From assembly GCF_009914755.1 (NCBI RefSeq), contig NC_060925.1: 64,000 nucleotides of DNA; one strand, written 5' to 3'. Shown piece after piece: positions 44,568-57,667 of the stretch. Origin of the DNA: the human T2T-CHM13v2.0 reference genome, Homo sapiens. The position numbers and the translations under genes are program-made. Position 1 is the first letter of the stretch, and each line of letters starts with the position of its first letter. Under the pieces are notes generated by a model, which was not told the origin of the DNA, searched no databases, and was given only the letters and a program-made list of their open reading frames with translations.

Positions 44568-46580
44568 CAGGGGACCTTTGTTTCCTCTGTAGCCCCTTCT
44601 GAAATCCTATGCCTTTGCAACCCAAGAAGCTGGGTTAGGCTGGGGGCCTCCTGTGCTGCCAGCTGGCCTGGGCAGCGGGGACCTGCGTCTCTGCTCAGAA
44701 ACTGGGGTGGTGAGATGGGATTAGCAGGCACGAGCCAAGCCTGTGTCCTCGGTGGCAGGCCAGGCAGCTGGTTCACCGCTTACATAAACGGGGCCAGGAA
44801 GCTGAACTTGTTTTTGCTGGCAAGAGCTGCGGCAAGCTGCAAGAGAGTTGAGAAATATGTGTCTCCGTGTGCGTGTTTTTCTCTGGTTATTGACATTTGC
44901 AAGTTTACTTGAAGAGGGGGAAAAAGTAGAAAAACAACAAAGCTGTTTGGATTCCTGGCACCCAAACTTAGGTCCCAACTGGGGAGGAACCCCACTTTCC
45001 CAGAGCTGTGCTGCAGGGTCCCCAGACCAAAGGGTGTCTGGGCCATGGTGGGGGTCCCAGTGTCCCTGGGAGGGGGAATCCTAGGCCACCGGGGCAGGGA
45101 GATATGGGCTTGCTTGTTGGGAGTTACTAGGACCTAAACTCTCTTTCCCTTGAGGAATGGGAGGCAAGGGAGGTTGTGGGAATTTTCCCTCCCCTAGAGC
45201 TCTCCAGGGAGAAAGAAGCATTTTTCTGAGGGCACTGGGATGATCTGGTCATCATCCTTCTCCCAAAGCCATCAACTATTAAATAATAAATCCATAGATT
45301 CATTATGTGTTTTCAAGCTGAGTATTGTTTGCTTCCTGCCCTCTGAGAGCTAATGATTGGGCGCCATGGGATGCTAGACCGCAGGAGTGGGGGCCTGTGG
45401 GGGATCTACAGGTCACAGTCTGAATCCTCATTTCACAGAGAAGGCCAGTGGGCTCTGCCAGGGGCGGTGACGTGCCCATGGCTGCCTGTGAGTCATCACA
45501 AGACCAGGAATAGAACTCAGGTCACCTGACAGCACAGAGCTGTTTCCTCTACACCAAGGGGCCTCCTGCTTGTGGAGATGTACTTTATTTTATTTTATTT
45601 ATTTATTTATTTATTTATTTATTTTCAAGAAGGAGTCTCGCCCAGGCTGGAGTGCAGTGGTGCAATCTCAGCTCACTGCAGCCTTCGACTCACTGCAGCC
45701 TCTGCCTCCCGGATTCAAGCGATTCTCATGCCTCAGCCTCCTGAGTAGCTGGGATTACAGGCACACACCACCAAGCCTGGCTAATTTTTGTATTTTTAAT
45801 AGAGACAGGGTTTCACCATGTTGGCCAGGCTGGTCTCGAACTCCTGACCTCAAGTGATCCACCCGTCTCAGCCTCCCAAAGTGCTGAGATTACAGGCATG
45901 AGCCACTGCACCCTACTGAGATGTACTTTATATTAAAGAACAAATCAAGGCAGACTGTACGTTTGTGTCAGCCCAACCCCACACAATTAATAGTCAGTGA
46001 TTAAACTGACCAGACCAGACCAGACACCAACACTGACTGTTGAGGAGGAGCTTGGGGGTTTGTTTTCAGGAGGCAATACTGCCTCCTTTTGTGATCTTAG
46101 TCCCAGGTGAGGTGCTTCCTTGTCCTCTCTGCAGAATCCCATTCTTTCTTAGCCTGGGCTGAAGCTGCTCCCTCCCTGTATGTGACCCTGGCCTTGGCGC
46201 AGTCCTTGGGTGCTCTTCCTCCCTCCTGCCTCTGCGCTGCTTCATGATGCACAGGAGCCAAGGAGGGGCAGGGGACAGTCGGTTTTTTCTCAGGGAGATT
46301 GGAAGAGAACAGAAACAAGAAGCAATGGAATGCTCCTGTCCTGGAGGTTGGTGGGGCAGTGGGGAGAGGTGGGGAAGCCATTGAGCCTGCACATACTTTT
46401 GACAGGCTTGGCTCATGCCTGCCAACCCCATCCCACCGCCTGGGTTTCTGAGCAGGGACATGGGTCCCCACTGCCCAGGCCAGCTGGCAGCACAGGATGG
46501 CCTCCAACCTAACCCAGGCTCTTGGGTTGCAAAGGCATAGCATTTCAGAAGGGGCCACAGAGGAACCAAAAGTCCCCCTG
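44568..46580. repeat. Inverted duplication not matching a repeat family I recognise: arms 44568-44744 and 46402-46580
   Basis: Manual alignment of arm 1 with the reverse complement of arm 2 gives 21 substitutions and 2 single-base indels over ~178 bp. Confidence 0.93.
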
Positions 46581-46639
46581 CCTGTGGAGTCAGGCCTGAT
46601 CTCTTTGAGGGTGCTCACACCCTCCATGTTCCCCTGTAG

Positions 46640-47152
<513 letters not shown>

Positions 47153-48339
47153 TGAGTAGCTGGGATTACAGGTGTGTGCCACCACGCCCGGCTAATTTTG
47201 TATTTTTAGTATGGGGTTTCTCCATGTTGGTCAGGCTGCTCTCAAACTCCCGACCTCAGGTGATCTGCCCGCCTCGGCCTCCCACAGTGCTGGGATTACA
47301 GGCGTGAGCCACGGCGCCTGGTGACTCAGTTCTTAATGCCTTGCATATACTGTTCTCTCTTTATGGAATGTAACTCCCTGTGGCTCCACTTATCAAACCC
47401 CCACTCATTTATCAAGGCCCCAATAAAATCTCTCTTCCCCCTTTAGAATAATTGATCCCTCTTCTTAGTTCCCTCAGTATGTTGGAGACATTTATATCAG
47501 GTTGGCCTGTATTACAGATAGTTTTAAGTTCTAGGGCTTTGTGGGGTTTAAAGAAGATTACGATATGGAAATGATAGGAAGGAGTGCCAGTGCATTGTAG
47601 ATGCTCAGTAGCTTCAATATGGAGTTTTTTTTTTCCTGGATTAGGAACTTCTGAACTTGCACATCATGGGTGCACAAAAATTATTGAATTCTTGAAGAAG
47701 GGACAGGCATAGGCTTGCAATCCTGGCTCTAAATGCTGAGCAATTGCTCACGGACAAATGCTCCGTTGATTGTGTGCTCTTTGCTAAATTTCAGTGTGTG
47801 CACCAGCCACGCCTTCGACCCCGCGTGCCCCGTCTCCTAGGGCCTACTATGCAAGGCCTGTGTCAGGCCGGGGTGGGAGCATGAGAATGACTGGGCATAT
47901 CTCCCAGGACCAGGAAGGACTGCTCTCAGGAGCCCCCTCCTCACCTGGTTCCTCATCGTGTCTCTTCCTTTTGGCCCTTCTCTTTGGTAGGGCCTACTTA
48001 GGGAGGGCCCCAGCAGATTCCCAGGGAACAGAAAAACAGACAGATGGGAGGAATCAAGGCTGAGCCCAGGGATGGTGTCTTGTGTCCACCAGGGAATCAG
48101 GCCTACAGGGGAGGGCTGGGCTATGGGTGCAGAATTCAGTGACAGTGACAGTGAGAGAACTCAGCAGTGCAAGGGCAAAGTGGCACTGTTTGGCCTGAAG
48201 GTGCTCGGAAGCTGCTTGTATTGAAAAATCCACCCTCATCCCCCGACATCCCTCAGTGCCCACTGCGCTCTGCCGTGCCCTCTCCCTCCTTCCTAGAAAT
48301 CCTAACTCACACAGACCCAGGCTATGTAGCTTGTTTAAT

Positions 48340-48342
<3 letters not shown>

Positions 48343-48386
<44 letters not shown>
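48343..48386. repeat. Perfect (AT)22 microsatellite
   Basis: Directly visible. Confidence 0.95.
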
Positions 48387-48390
<4 letters not shown>

Positions 48391-49892
48391 TCATTATAAG
48401 AGCAATATAGGCAACTTATAGAAAATTCAAAAACTACAGAAAGACACAGGGAAGAGAAAGAAATTACCTCTAACACCATCATTTGGAGAGGAGGGCAGAG
48501 GTAGGGAGAGGACACTTCTATGAATGTTACTTGTTCTGAGAGTCACCCATGAGGCTTCCCCACTGCCACCCGGCTGTCAGGGGTACTGAGTCAGAGATTT
48601 GGGTCAGGAGGCAGAGGGCTGAGTGGGTGGGAGGGAAGGGGCGGTGCTGCCCACTCTGACTTTAGCAAGTATGTTTTCTTATAGTCTTTATGAGTATTTC
48701 TTTGATCATTCTGCATACAGTGCTTTTAAAAGCGTAGTTAACACAGTGTTGTTCGCAGGTTCTAGAGGAAATATATTTTGAAGCAGGGCTGTGACAGGCA
48801 ATACTTGCCAATGGGTGGTTTATAATTAATCATTCCCTGTTTTAAAAAATAGTGACTCAGTTTTAAAGATTCAGAAAGCCATTACTCAAGTTCCTTGGCA
48901 GAGGAAGTGGCCATTATGTTGCTCCCTGCAGCTCTGCTTTTGTGGAAGAGGGAAAAAAAAGTATTTTTATTTGGTATTTCTCTGAGCTGCTCAGATACTT
49001 TGGCCATTGTTAGTGAGTGCAGGAGCAGAACAGCCCCTGCTATTGTTCAGGCTGGCCGCTAAACATGGCAAGAGCTTCCCGCTGAACTGGGGTAGGGGAA
49101 ATGACCAGAAAGACATTTACTGGATTTGGCAAAGGCAGAAGCAGAAAAGAGAGCTTCCTCTGGCTCCAGGAGTCTATTTCTTGCCTCAGCGGGCTCCTCT
49201 GCCCCCCAGCCTGGGGCCTGCCCATCACACAACACGAGAGGGCACCACTTAGACCCCTTCACCTGCAAACCGTGCGCCTGGGAGTTTTTGGTGCCGAGAC
49301 CCTGTCCCTGTGGGCACCCCTAACATGCCCTATATTCAACAAACATGCATGAAGCACCTACTAAGTTCTCTGATGAGTGACGACCAGGAGCTTCCAGTGT
49401 TGTCACCATGGTCGGGGAAGGGACCTTTATATAGTTGAGGACTGTGCCATGTGAAAAGTGCCAGTGATTGGATGAGCTGCAGTGGTCCTTGACCCCTACC
49501 TTAGACCTTCATGCATCCTGCACTTGTGTCTGTTGCATGCCATGTGAATTCTGATTTCTGCTAATCAGCGAATCAGCTGAGGAAGGGATATTGCAAGCAT
49601 TGCACTGGGAGCAGTTCTCTTTGGGCACTGTTTCCATCTTTGCTCCTGCAAGTTTGTCATTTGTGCAGGAACTTGAAATCCGTGTTAGGTTTTATCTTGA
49701 CAGCTGCTTTATCCAGTGGAAAATGGAAAAGTGGAAATATTGATGCACTGATTAGAAGTGTCGTTGCATCTTCCATACGTAACCGCATTCAGGCACTGAT
49801 GGACTTCAAGATGTGGGCTGGATGTGGTAAACTGCTGCCTCCATCAGGTGCTCATTGGAGTTCAACGCACTGGACCGTGTGTTCAGTTGTGA

Positions 49893-50355
49893 TGTAGCAG
49901 GACAAGCCACAGACAAAACCCCTCAGACACCGAGTTAAAGAAGGAAGGGCTTCATTCGGCTGGGAGCTTCAGCAAGACTCATGCCTCCAACAACCGAGCT
50001 CCCCGAGTGAGCAATTCCTGTCCCTTTTAAGGGCTCACAACCCCAAAGGGGTCCGCATGAGAGGGTTGTGATTGATTGAGCAAGCAGGGGGTACGTGACT
50101 GGGGGCTGCATGCACCGGTAATTAGAATGGAATAGAACAGGACAGGGATTTTCACAGTGCTTTTCTATGCAATGTCTATAATCTATAGATAACATAACCG
50201 ATTAGGTCAGGGGTCGATCTTTAACTATCAGGCCCGGGGTGTGGCGCCGGGCTGTCTGCTTGTGGATTTCATTTCTGCCTTTTAGTTTTTACTACTTCTT
50301 TCTTTGGAGGCAGAAATTGGGCATAAGACAATATGAGGGGTGGTCTCCTCCCTTA
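49893..50355 (-). mobile_element. Solo LTR2-family (HERV-E/Harlequin, ERV1) LTR
   Basis: - strand starts TAAGGGAGGAGACCACCCCTCATATTG and ends GTCCTGCTACA; 463 bp; 4-bp TSD gtga at 49889-49892 and 50356-50359. Confidence 0.88.
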
Positions 50356-51035
50356 GTGAAGGAAAAGGACACAGGTCACACACGCCAACACCAGCAGTTT
50401 CATTCTTAGGGAAGTTCTTGGGCAAGTGCACTGAGTCATGAGAAAGTTGATAGCCACCCTCTTTGATATGGCAAAACAATGGGAATGACCGCAAACCTCC
50501 CTCAGTGAGAGAATGATAGGGTCACACAACGAAATATTACATAGCAGTGAGACTGAATAAACTACGTGTCAGTGAATCAGAGAAACATATAAATGAGGCC
50601 GGGCCAGGTGGTCATCCCTCTAATCCCAACATTTTGGAGGCCCAGGTAGGAGGATTGCTTGAGGCCAAGAGTTTGAGACCAGCCTGGGCAATATAGTGAA
50701 ACCTCATCTCTCAAAAAAAAAAATATACAGCCAGTCATGGTAGCATGTACCTGTAGTCTCAGCTACTTGGGAAGCTGCGGTGGGAGGATCAGTTGAGCCC
50801 AGGAATTAGAAGTTGCAGTGAACCATGATTGTGCCACTGTACTTCAGCCTGAGTGACAGAGTGAGACCCTGTCCCAAGAAAAAGAAAAAAAAAAAAAGCA
50901 GCCGGGCACAGAGCCTCATGCCTGTAATCTCAGCACTTTGGGAGGCTAAGGCAGGAGGATGGCTTGAGGCCGGGAGTTGAAGACCAGCCTGGGCAATATA
51001 TTGAGAACTTGTCTCTAGTAAAAATTAAAAAATTA

Positions 51036-51674
<639 letters not shown>

Positions 51675-51973
51675 CTATATTCAAACCATTTATATGAAGC
51701 TCAAAAATGAAGCAAAGTTAAGAAAAATGTAGGGATGTATGGGTAGTGAAAGTTAGGTTGGTGGGCTTTCCTGGGTATTTTATGCTTCATAAATTAACTT
51801 TTATGTATGTAGCTTTTACATACATTATATATATGAATTTGCATGTATTCAGTATTATGTAATACATTAAAAACAATGTTCGCAATGCTAAAAATATATT
51901 GTTGAAGATTCTGTGTGAAAGCTATACTGTAGTTGTGGCTTTTTATAACCCTTTCAAGCCCTCTGGGCAGTAG

Positions 51974-52259
<286 letters not shown>

Positions 52260-53629
52260 TGATCCGTCTCGCCTCGGCCTCCCAAAGTGCTGGGATTACA
52301 GGTGTGAGGCCCAGCTGGGACTCAGATTTTGCTGAGGACCAGGACAGTACTGTGTGCTGTGTCCTGGCCTTGCAGCAGTGAATGTGTCTCCCGTTTCTCA
52401 AGGGCAGGTCTCTGGGATGCCTGACTGTGTCTTCCTTGCCAGTGCCTGGCTGCTGCAGCCTCCTCAAATGTTTATCAAACACAGGACTTGCCCACCGTGG
52501 GAGAAAGTAAGGCCATAGGTGTCTCAGGAACCTGCCCAAACTCGCCTGGCTGCACGGTGACAATTCAACCAGCTTTCTTACCCAAGGTCTGTTGGTGACC
52601 AGAGAAAACCTTAGATGACCGGCTGCCATGATGGCCTTATATCTTTCCCTTTTCTGCCAGCCTTGAGGTAGAGGGTGCCAGGGAGGAGGACTCTGGCTCT
52701 AGGTGTTAAAGTGAGAGGGAAGTGTGAAGGGTATCTGTATAGCTAGACAGGGCTCAATGCCAGGCAGAGCTGTCTCCGCCCCTTTGATGTCTATGTCTCT
52801 GTCCCTGGACTGTGGCCAGTAGCCAGTGTGGACTCCAACCTCACCAGCTTTAGGGGTGTTATCTGCCTGGGAGTCACTGATCCTTACTCCCTCCTCTGAC
52901 AGCCACCTTGGATGGGGTGAAAGGAAGGACAGCCTGCCAAGTATGAGATGAAAACGCCTCATAAACAAGAAGGGATTTGCAGGCCAGGCAGAGAGCCTTG
53001 TGCTGCTTCTGAGTCCCAGGAGCATGGGCGAGGAGGTGAGGTCAGGCACTCAGCAGCTGCTGGTCCTCTCTGAAATCTTTGGCCAGATTTATTGCTACTG
53101 CTTGCTAATAAATGGTTATGCATTTGGTTCAAAGGACCAAGTGTGCTTACATGAAAACTGGCTGTGTTCCCTGGCCTCTGTTTCCTTAGCTGGTTGGACT
53201 AATTTGATTGGTTAATAAATGAGTCCAAGGTGGTTGGGCTAATTTTTATCTTAGATTCTATGACTCTATAACTGCTACTCAAAAAAAGTGTACTTGTTCC
53301 TTTAATCTTTAATCTTATTTTTCTTGAGTAGTAGAATACACCCAATTTTTTTCAAGGGGTAGAGAATGCATTTTTTTTTTAACCTTCCAGTTTGGTCCCT
53401 AGAGTAAACACAGCATTGCTGTAGTAGACGTAGGGTACTGGAGGGAGCATGGAACAGGGAACCAGAAGCCCTGGTTCCTACCCCAGCTGGGCATCTGGGC
53501 CAGTCTCTTGATTCCTCTGTGCCTCAGTTACCAACTATATAACGGGCATTCTGCCATGAATACCCTGCGATTTGGAAACCTCCTGTGTACGTGTGCACTT
53601 GGGTGCCTGGCATTCATTCCTAATGGCAT

Positions 53630-54200
53630 CCATTCGTTCACACATTCATCCAGTACTCAGCAGACTCCTGCCATGGGCCAGGCAACGTCCCGGGCACTTG
53701 GAATATAATGGAGAACAAAGCAGGGTGCCTACTTCTGTGGTGCTTGGAGTCTTGAGGGGAAGAGAGACACGGAATTCGTAATTACATGGCAGCGTGTGGG
53801 TGACGTATTGCAGAATGAGGGCCTAGTGGAGCTGGGGGACCGGAAACGATGTTTAGGCCGAGACCTGGAATAGGAGGAGTTGTCGTGGGGATGATGTAGG
53901 AAGAACGAGTGTGAGGAGGAGAGCGAGGGGAGTTGAGGGGAGGGCTCCACACCTTCTAAGGAGTGGGGAGAGATGAGGCCTCCAAGGACAGAAGGGCCCT
54001 GCAGGCCACGCTGAGGAGCTTGGACTTCATCTTGTGGATGGTGGCAGGCCCTTGAAGGGTTTTCTAATCCAGGGAGTGGGGTGGCTGGATCATGGCTTCA
54101 GAAGGCTCTCCCAGGCAGCTGGATGGTGAAGACCAGGTTGGGGAGGTCACCAGGAGAATGCTGCCCTAATCCAGGCAGAGGTGACGGTAGCCTGGGCCAC
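53630..54200 (-). mobile_element. L2 fragment just upstream of IL6R exon 2
   Basis: cattcgttcacacattcatcc..., ggccttg-like/ggagcttggacttcatcttgtggatggtggcagg, aatccaggcagaggtgacggtagcctgg motifs. Confidence 0.6.
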
Positions 54201-54301
54201 TTCATCATTATCACTGAGGCCTCTCGTGGCTTCCTCAGACCAGAACGAAGCCCCCTTCTTCAGTGGCTGTGGGCTCACCAAGTGTCTTCTCCCTCCTCCA
54301 G

Positions 54302-54550
54302 AGGTGGCGAGAGGCGTGCTGACCAGTCTGCCAGGAGACAGCGTGACTCTGACCTGCCCGGGGGTAGAGCCGGAAGACAATGCCACTGTTCACTGGGTGC
54401 TCAGGAAGCCGGCTGCAGGCTCCCACCCCAGCAGATGGGCTGGCATGGGAAGGAGGCTGCTGCTGAGGTCGGTGCAGCTCCACGACTCTGGAAACTATTC
54501 ATGCTACCGGGCCGGCCGCCCAGCTGGGACTGTGCACTTGCTGGTGGATG
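54302..54550 (+). CDS. IL6R: IL6R coding exon 2 (Ig-like D1 domain)
   Basis: Pyrimidine tract plus CAG acceptor ending 54301; 249 nt read EVARGVLTSLPGDSVTLTCPG...YSCYRAGRPAGTVHLLVD; donor GTGAGT at 54551; joins exon 1 in frame. Confidence 0.98.
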
Positions 54551-55588
54551 GTGAGTTGTGCCTCAGAGGTCCCGGAGATAGTTCCCGTAAGAAATGAGGC
54601 TCTGTGCATTCCAGACAGTCCCTGTCTGAGCCTTCAAACTCCCACCATTTCCTTGGCGCAAGAATTTTGGGGAAGGCCCACCAATGTCTGCCATCCAGAT
54701 GCTGGCAAAGACTGCTGCTGGGTGGGAGTGGGAGCGTCTGACTGGTGGGGAACATTGGCTTTGGGAGTTAGGACTTTTGGTGAACTGGTGAATAGCCTGG
54801 GGCCCGGAGTCAGGCAGCCTGGGTTTGAATCCTGCTCCCTCACATACAGCTTAACTTCTCCACCCTTCAGTTTCATCTTTGGCAAAATAAGGTTAATTTT
54901 ATTACCTTACCTTAGAGTTGTTGCAAAGGGGGTGTATGTGAATTTGCGTATGTGTGTGTGTGTATATCACACACATATGCTGCTAAAAAGTCTGCATAGC
55001 CCATCCTAAGCTCTCAAATTAGCTATTCTTATTTTTTTAGAATTAGCAAGTTCTTAGCTCCCTCATACCTAGATAAAGACTTCCTGGAACCAGTGCCCTG
55101 TGTGTCGAGCCCTATGCCAAGGCACTTTCTTCCTTGTATCTCTTGTAATCCTTCAGCAGCCTTGTCAGGGAAAGCAGGCTTATCATCATTTCCATCATCA
55201 TTACATTATCATCAGTTTATTTTATACATGAGGAAACTGAAGAGCAGCTAGGACTTGCCCAAGGCCGCACAGCCAGGTCTGTGTGACTCCAAAGCCCTTT
55301 TTTTCGATCATCCTCTCTCCCCTTCAGACAAGTTGGTCCTGAGGTTCTTCCCTTCCCCTGTCCCGGATCCGTGTCTCAGACTGAAAGGAGGACTTTGGTG
55401 TCCTTTAATTTCCCAGCTGCGATTCCATTCATGTGTGGCTGAGTGTGGCCAGGGTCCTGACTAGCTCCAGGGCTGGGGCCGAGGGGCCCAGCCACGTGCT
55501 CCCCTCAAGGGAGGCTGCCCTGTCTGCGAGGTCAGTGCGCCCCAGGATCCCCGCCCGCCTGCTGACACCTGCAATGCTTTCCTTTCAG

Positions 55589-55712
55589 TTCCCCCCGAGG
55601 AGCCCCAGCTCTCCTGCTTCCGGAAGAGCCCCCTCAGCAATGTTGTTTGTGAGTGGGGTCCTCGGAGCACCCCATCCCTGACGACAAAGGCTGTGCTCTT
55701 GGTGAGGAAGTT
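55589..55712 (+). CDS. IL6R: IL6R coding exon 3 (start of FnIII D2)
   Basis: Acceptor tttcag ending 55588; 124 nt [42 protein letters not shown]; donor GTAAGT at 55713. Confidence 0.97.
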
Positions 55713-56479
55713 GTAAGTATCTTGGGCTGAGCTATGTGCATGTTGGCTCCCTCCTTCCCGAGGCCCCCCAGAGAGGGGCTGGTTCAGGTGATTTCAAAAC
55801 ATTATCATTAGGAATTAATTCCTTCAGGCTGAGGAAGAGGAGATGAGAGGGAACTGAGATTTACATTTGACTGCCCCCCCTGAGCTAGGCACTGTGCTTG
55901 TGCTTGGAACCTTGTCCTATTCACTTGACCTTGGTTATCACAACAGCTATGGGAAGTGGGCTTTATTTTTCTCACTTAACAGATGGAGAGACTGAGGCCC
56001 AGAGACTGATTAACAGGTTTGGTTCACTTAGCTAGTAAGTGGCTCTGCTGGGAATTCAATCCCAGTCTGTCTGATTTCATTCAAAGTCCGAAGATTATGG
56101 GCGTTGCTCTGAAAAACATGCAAATATCCCTGGGAGGGGGTGTAGCACAGCCAGACCATTATCAGTGTCTGGGCCCTTGTGGGCGTATCAGGCTATTTCC
56201 ATGATAAAGACACGAGAGAGAAAGCGGTGATGGGCGGGGGAGAGGGAGCTTGGGGCCGTGGGGGGAGAAGTCACGCCTGCCTGGGGGCTCTGCATCATCA
56301 CCGGAAGACGGCTTAACGTGGGAAGACCTGGGATGGGTTCAGGCATGGATGTAGAGGAGGTGGAAGATGCTGAAAACAAATCTGCCTCTGCAGTTTTGCT
56401 GGTCTCCATCCCAGAGCCACAGTCTCCCTTAGTCCAGAGGTTTACAATTGAGTTTGAGCTGTCAGTCATCAGAATATAG

Positions 56480-57127
56480 GGCAAGGAGGTCGCATTCCAA
56501 GACCCCTAGTGGATGCCTGAAATCGCAAATGGTGCTGAACCCTATATATAGTATGTTTTTCTATAGATATGTACTTATGATAGTTTAATTTATAAATTAG
56601 GTGCAGTAAGAGGTTAGCAATAACTAAAAATAGCATAGAACAGTGATAACAATATACTGTAATAACAGTTATGTGAATGTGGTCTCTCTGTTTCTCAAAA
56701 TGTCTTATTACTGTACTCACCCTTCTTGTGATGATATGAGGTTGTGAAATGCCTGCATGATGGGATGAAGTGAGGTGAATGATGTAGGCATTGTGACTCA
56801 GTGTTAGGCTACTAGGGCTTTCTGACCATGTGTTAGAAGGAGGATCAGCTGTTTTGGGTGACTCTGGGTCACCGAGCCATGATGATGGCGGTGGATGTCA
56901 GGACGAGTGATGGGTAGCATGCACAGCGCAGGAATGCTGAACAAAGTGATGATTCATGTCCTGGGTGGGACGGTGTGAAATCTCGTCACACTTCTCAGAA
57001 CAGTGGGCAGTTTAAAATTTCTGAAGTGATTATTTCTGGAATTTCCCATTTAATATTTTTGGACCGCAGTTGACCACAGGTAGCCGAAATCTTGGAAAGC
57101 AAAACCTCAGATAAGGCAGGACTACTG
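56480..57127 (-). mobile_element. MER44/Tigger7-family DNA transposon
   Basis: ccaagacccctagtggatgcctgaaatc near one end; ggaccgcagttgaccacagg...ggaaagcaaaacctcagataagg..actactg|ta at the other. Confidence 0.8.
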
Positions 57128-57391
57128 TATCAGAAAGCCAGAGCAGTGACTTCAATAGGGTGGTTCAGCTCCCACTTGGGTCTGTTTCCATAGAGTTACT
57201 GGGCTGCCTGGCAGTCATGTTTTTGTTCTGTCCTCTATGATGAAAAGTGCGGATTACCATCTGTGAATGATGCAGCTGCCATTAGCACTGTCAGCTCATG
57301 CCCCAAGCCTGGATAGCTTCACAGCCCAGCAAAGGATACACCTTGTTTGTACCTCAAAGGCTTGTACCATAGATAGGATTAGCCAGGATAG

Positions 57392-57667
<276 letters not shown>

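Noticed and set aside
53100-53225. Two sense-strand AATAAA hexamers in intron 1
   Set aside because: No clear upstream terminal exon or strong GU/U-rich downstream element; such hexamers are common by chance.
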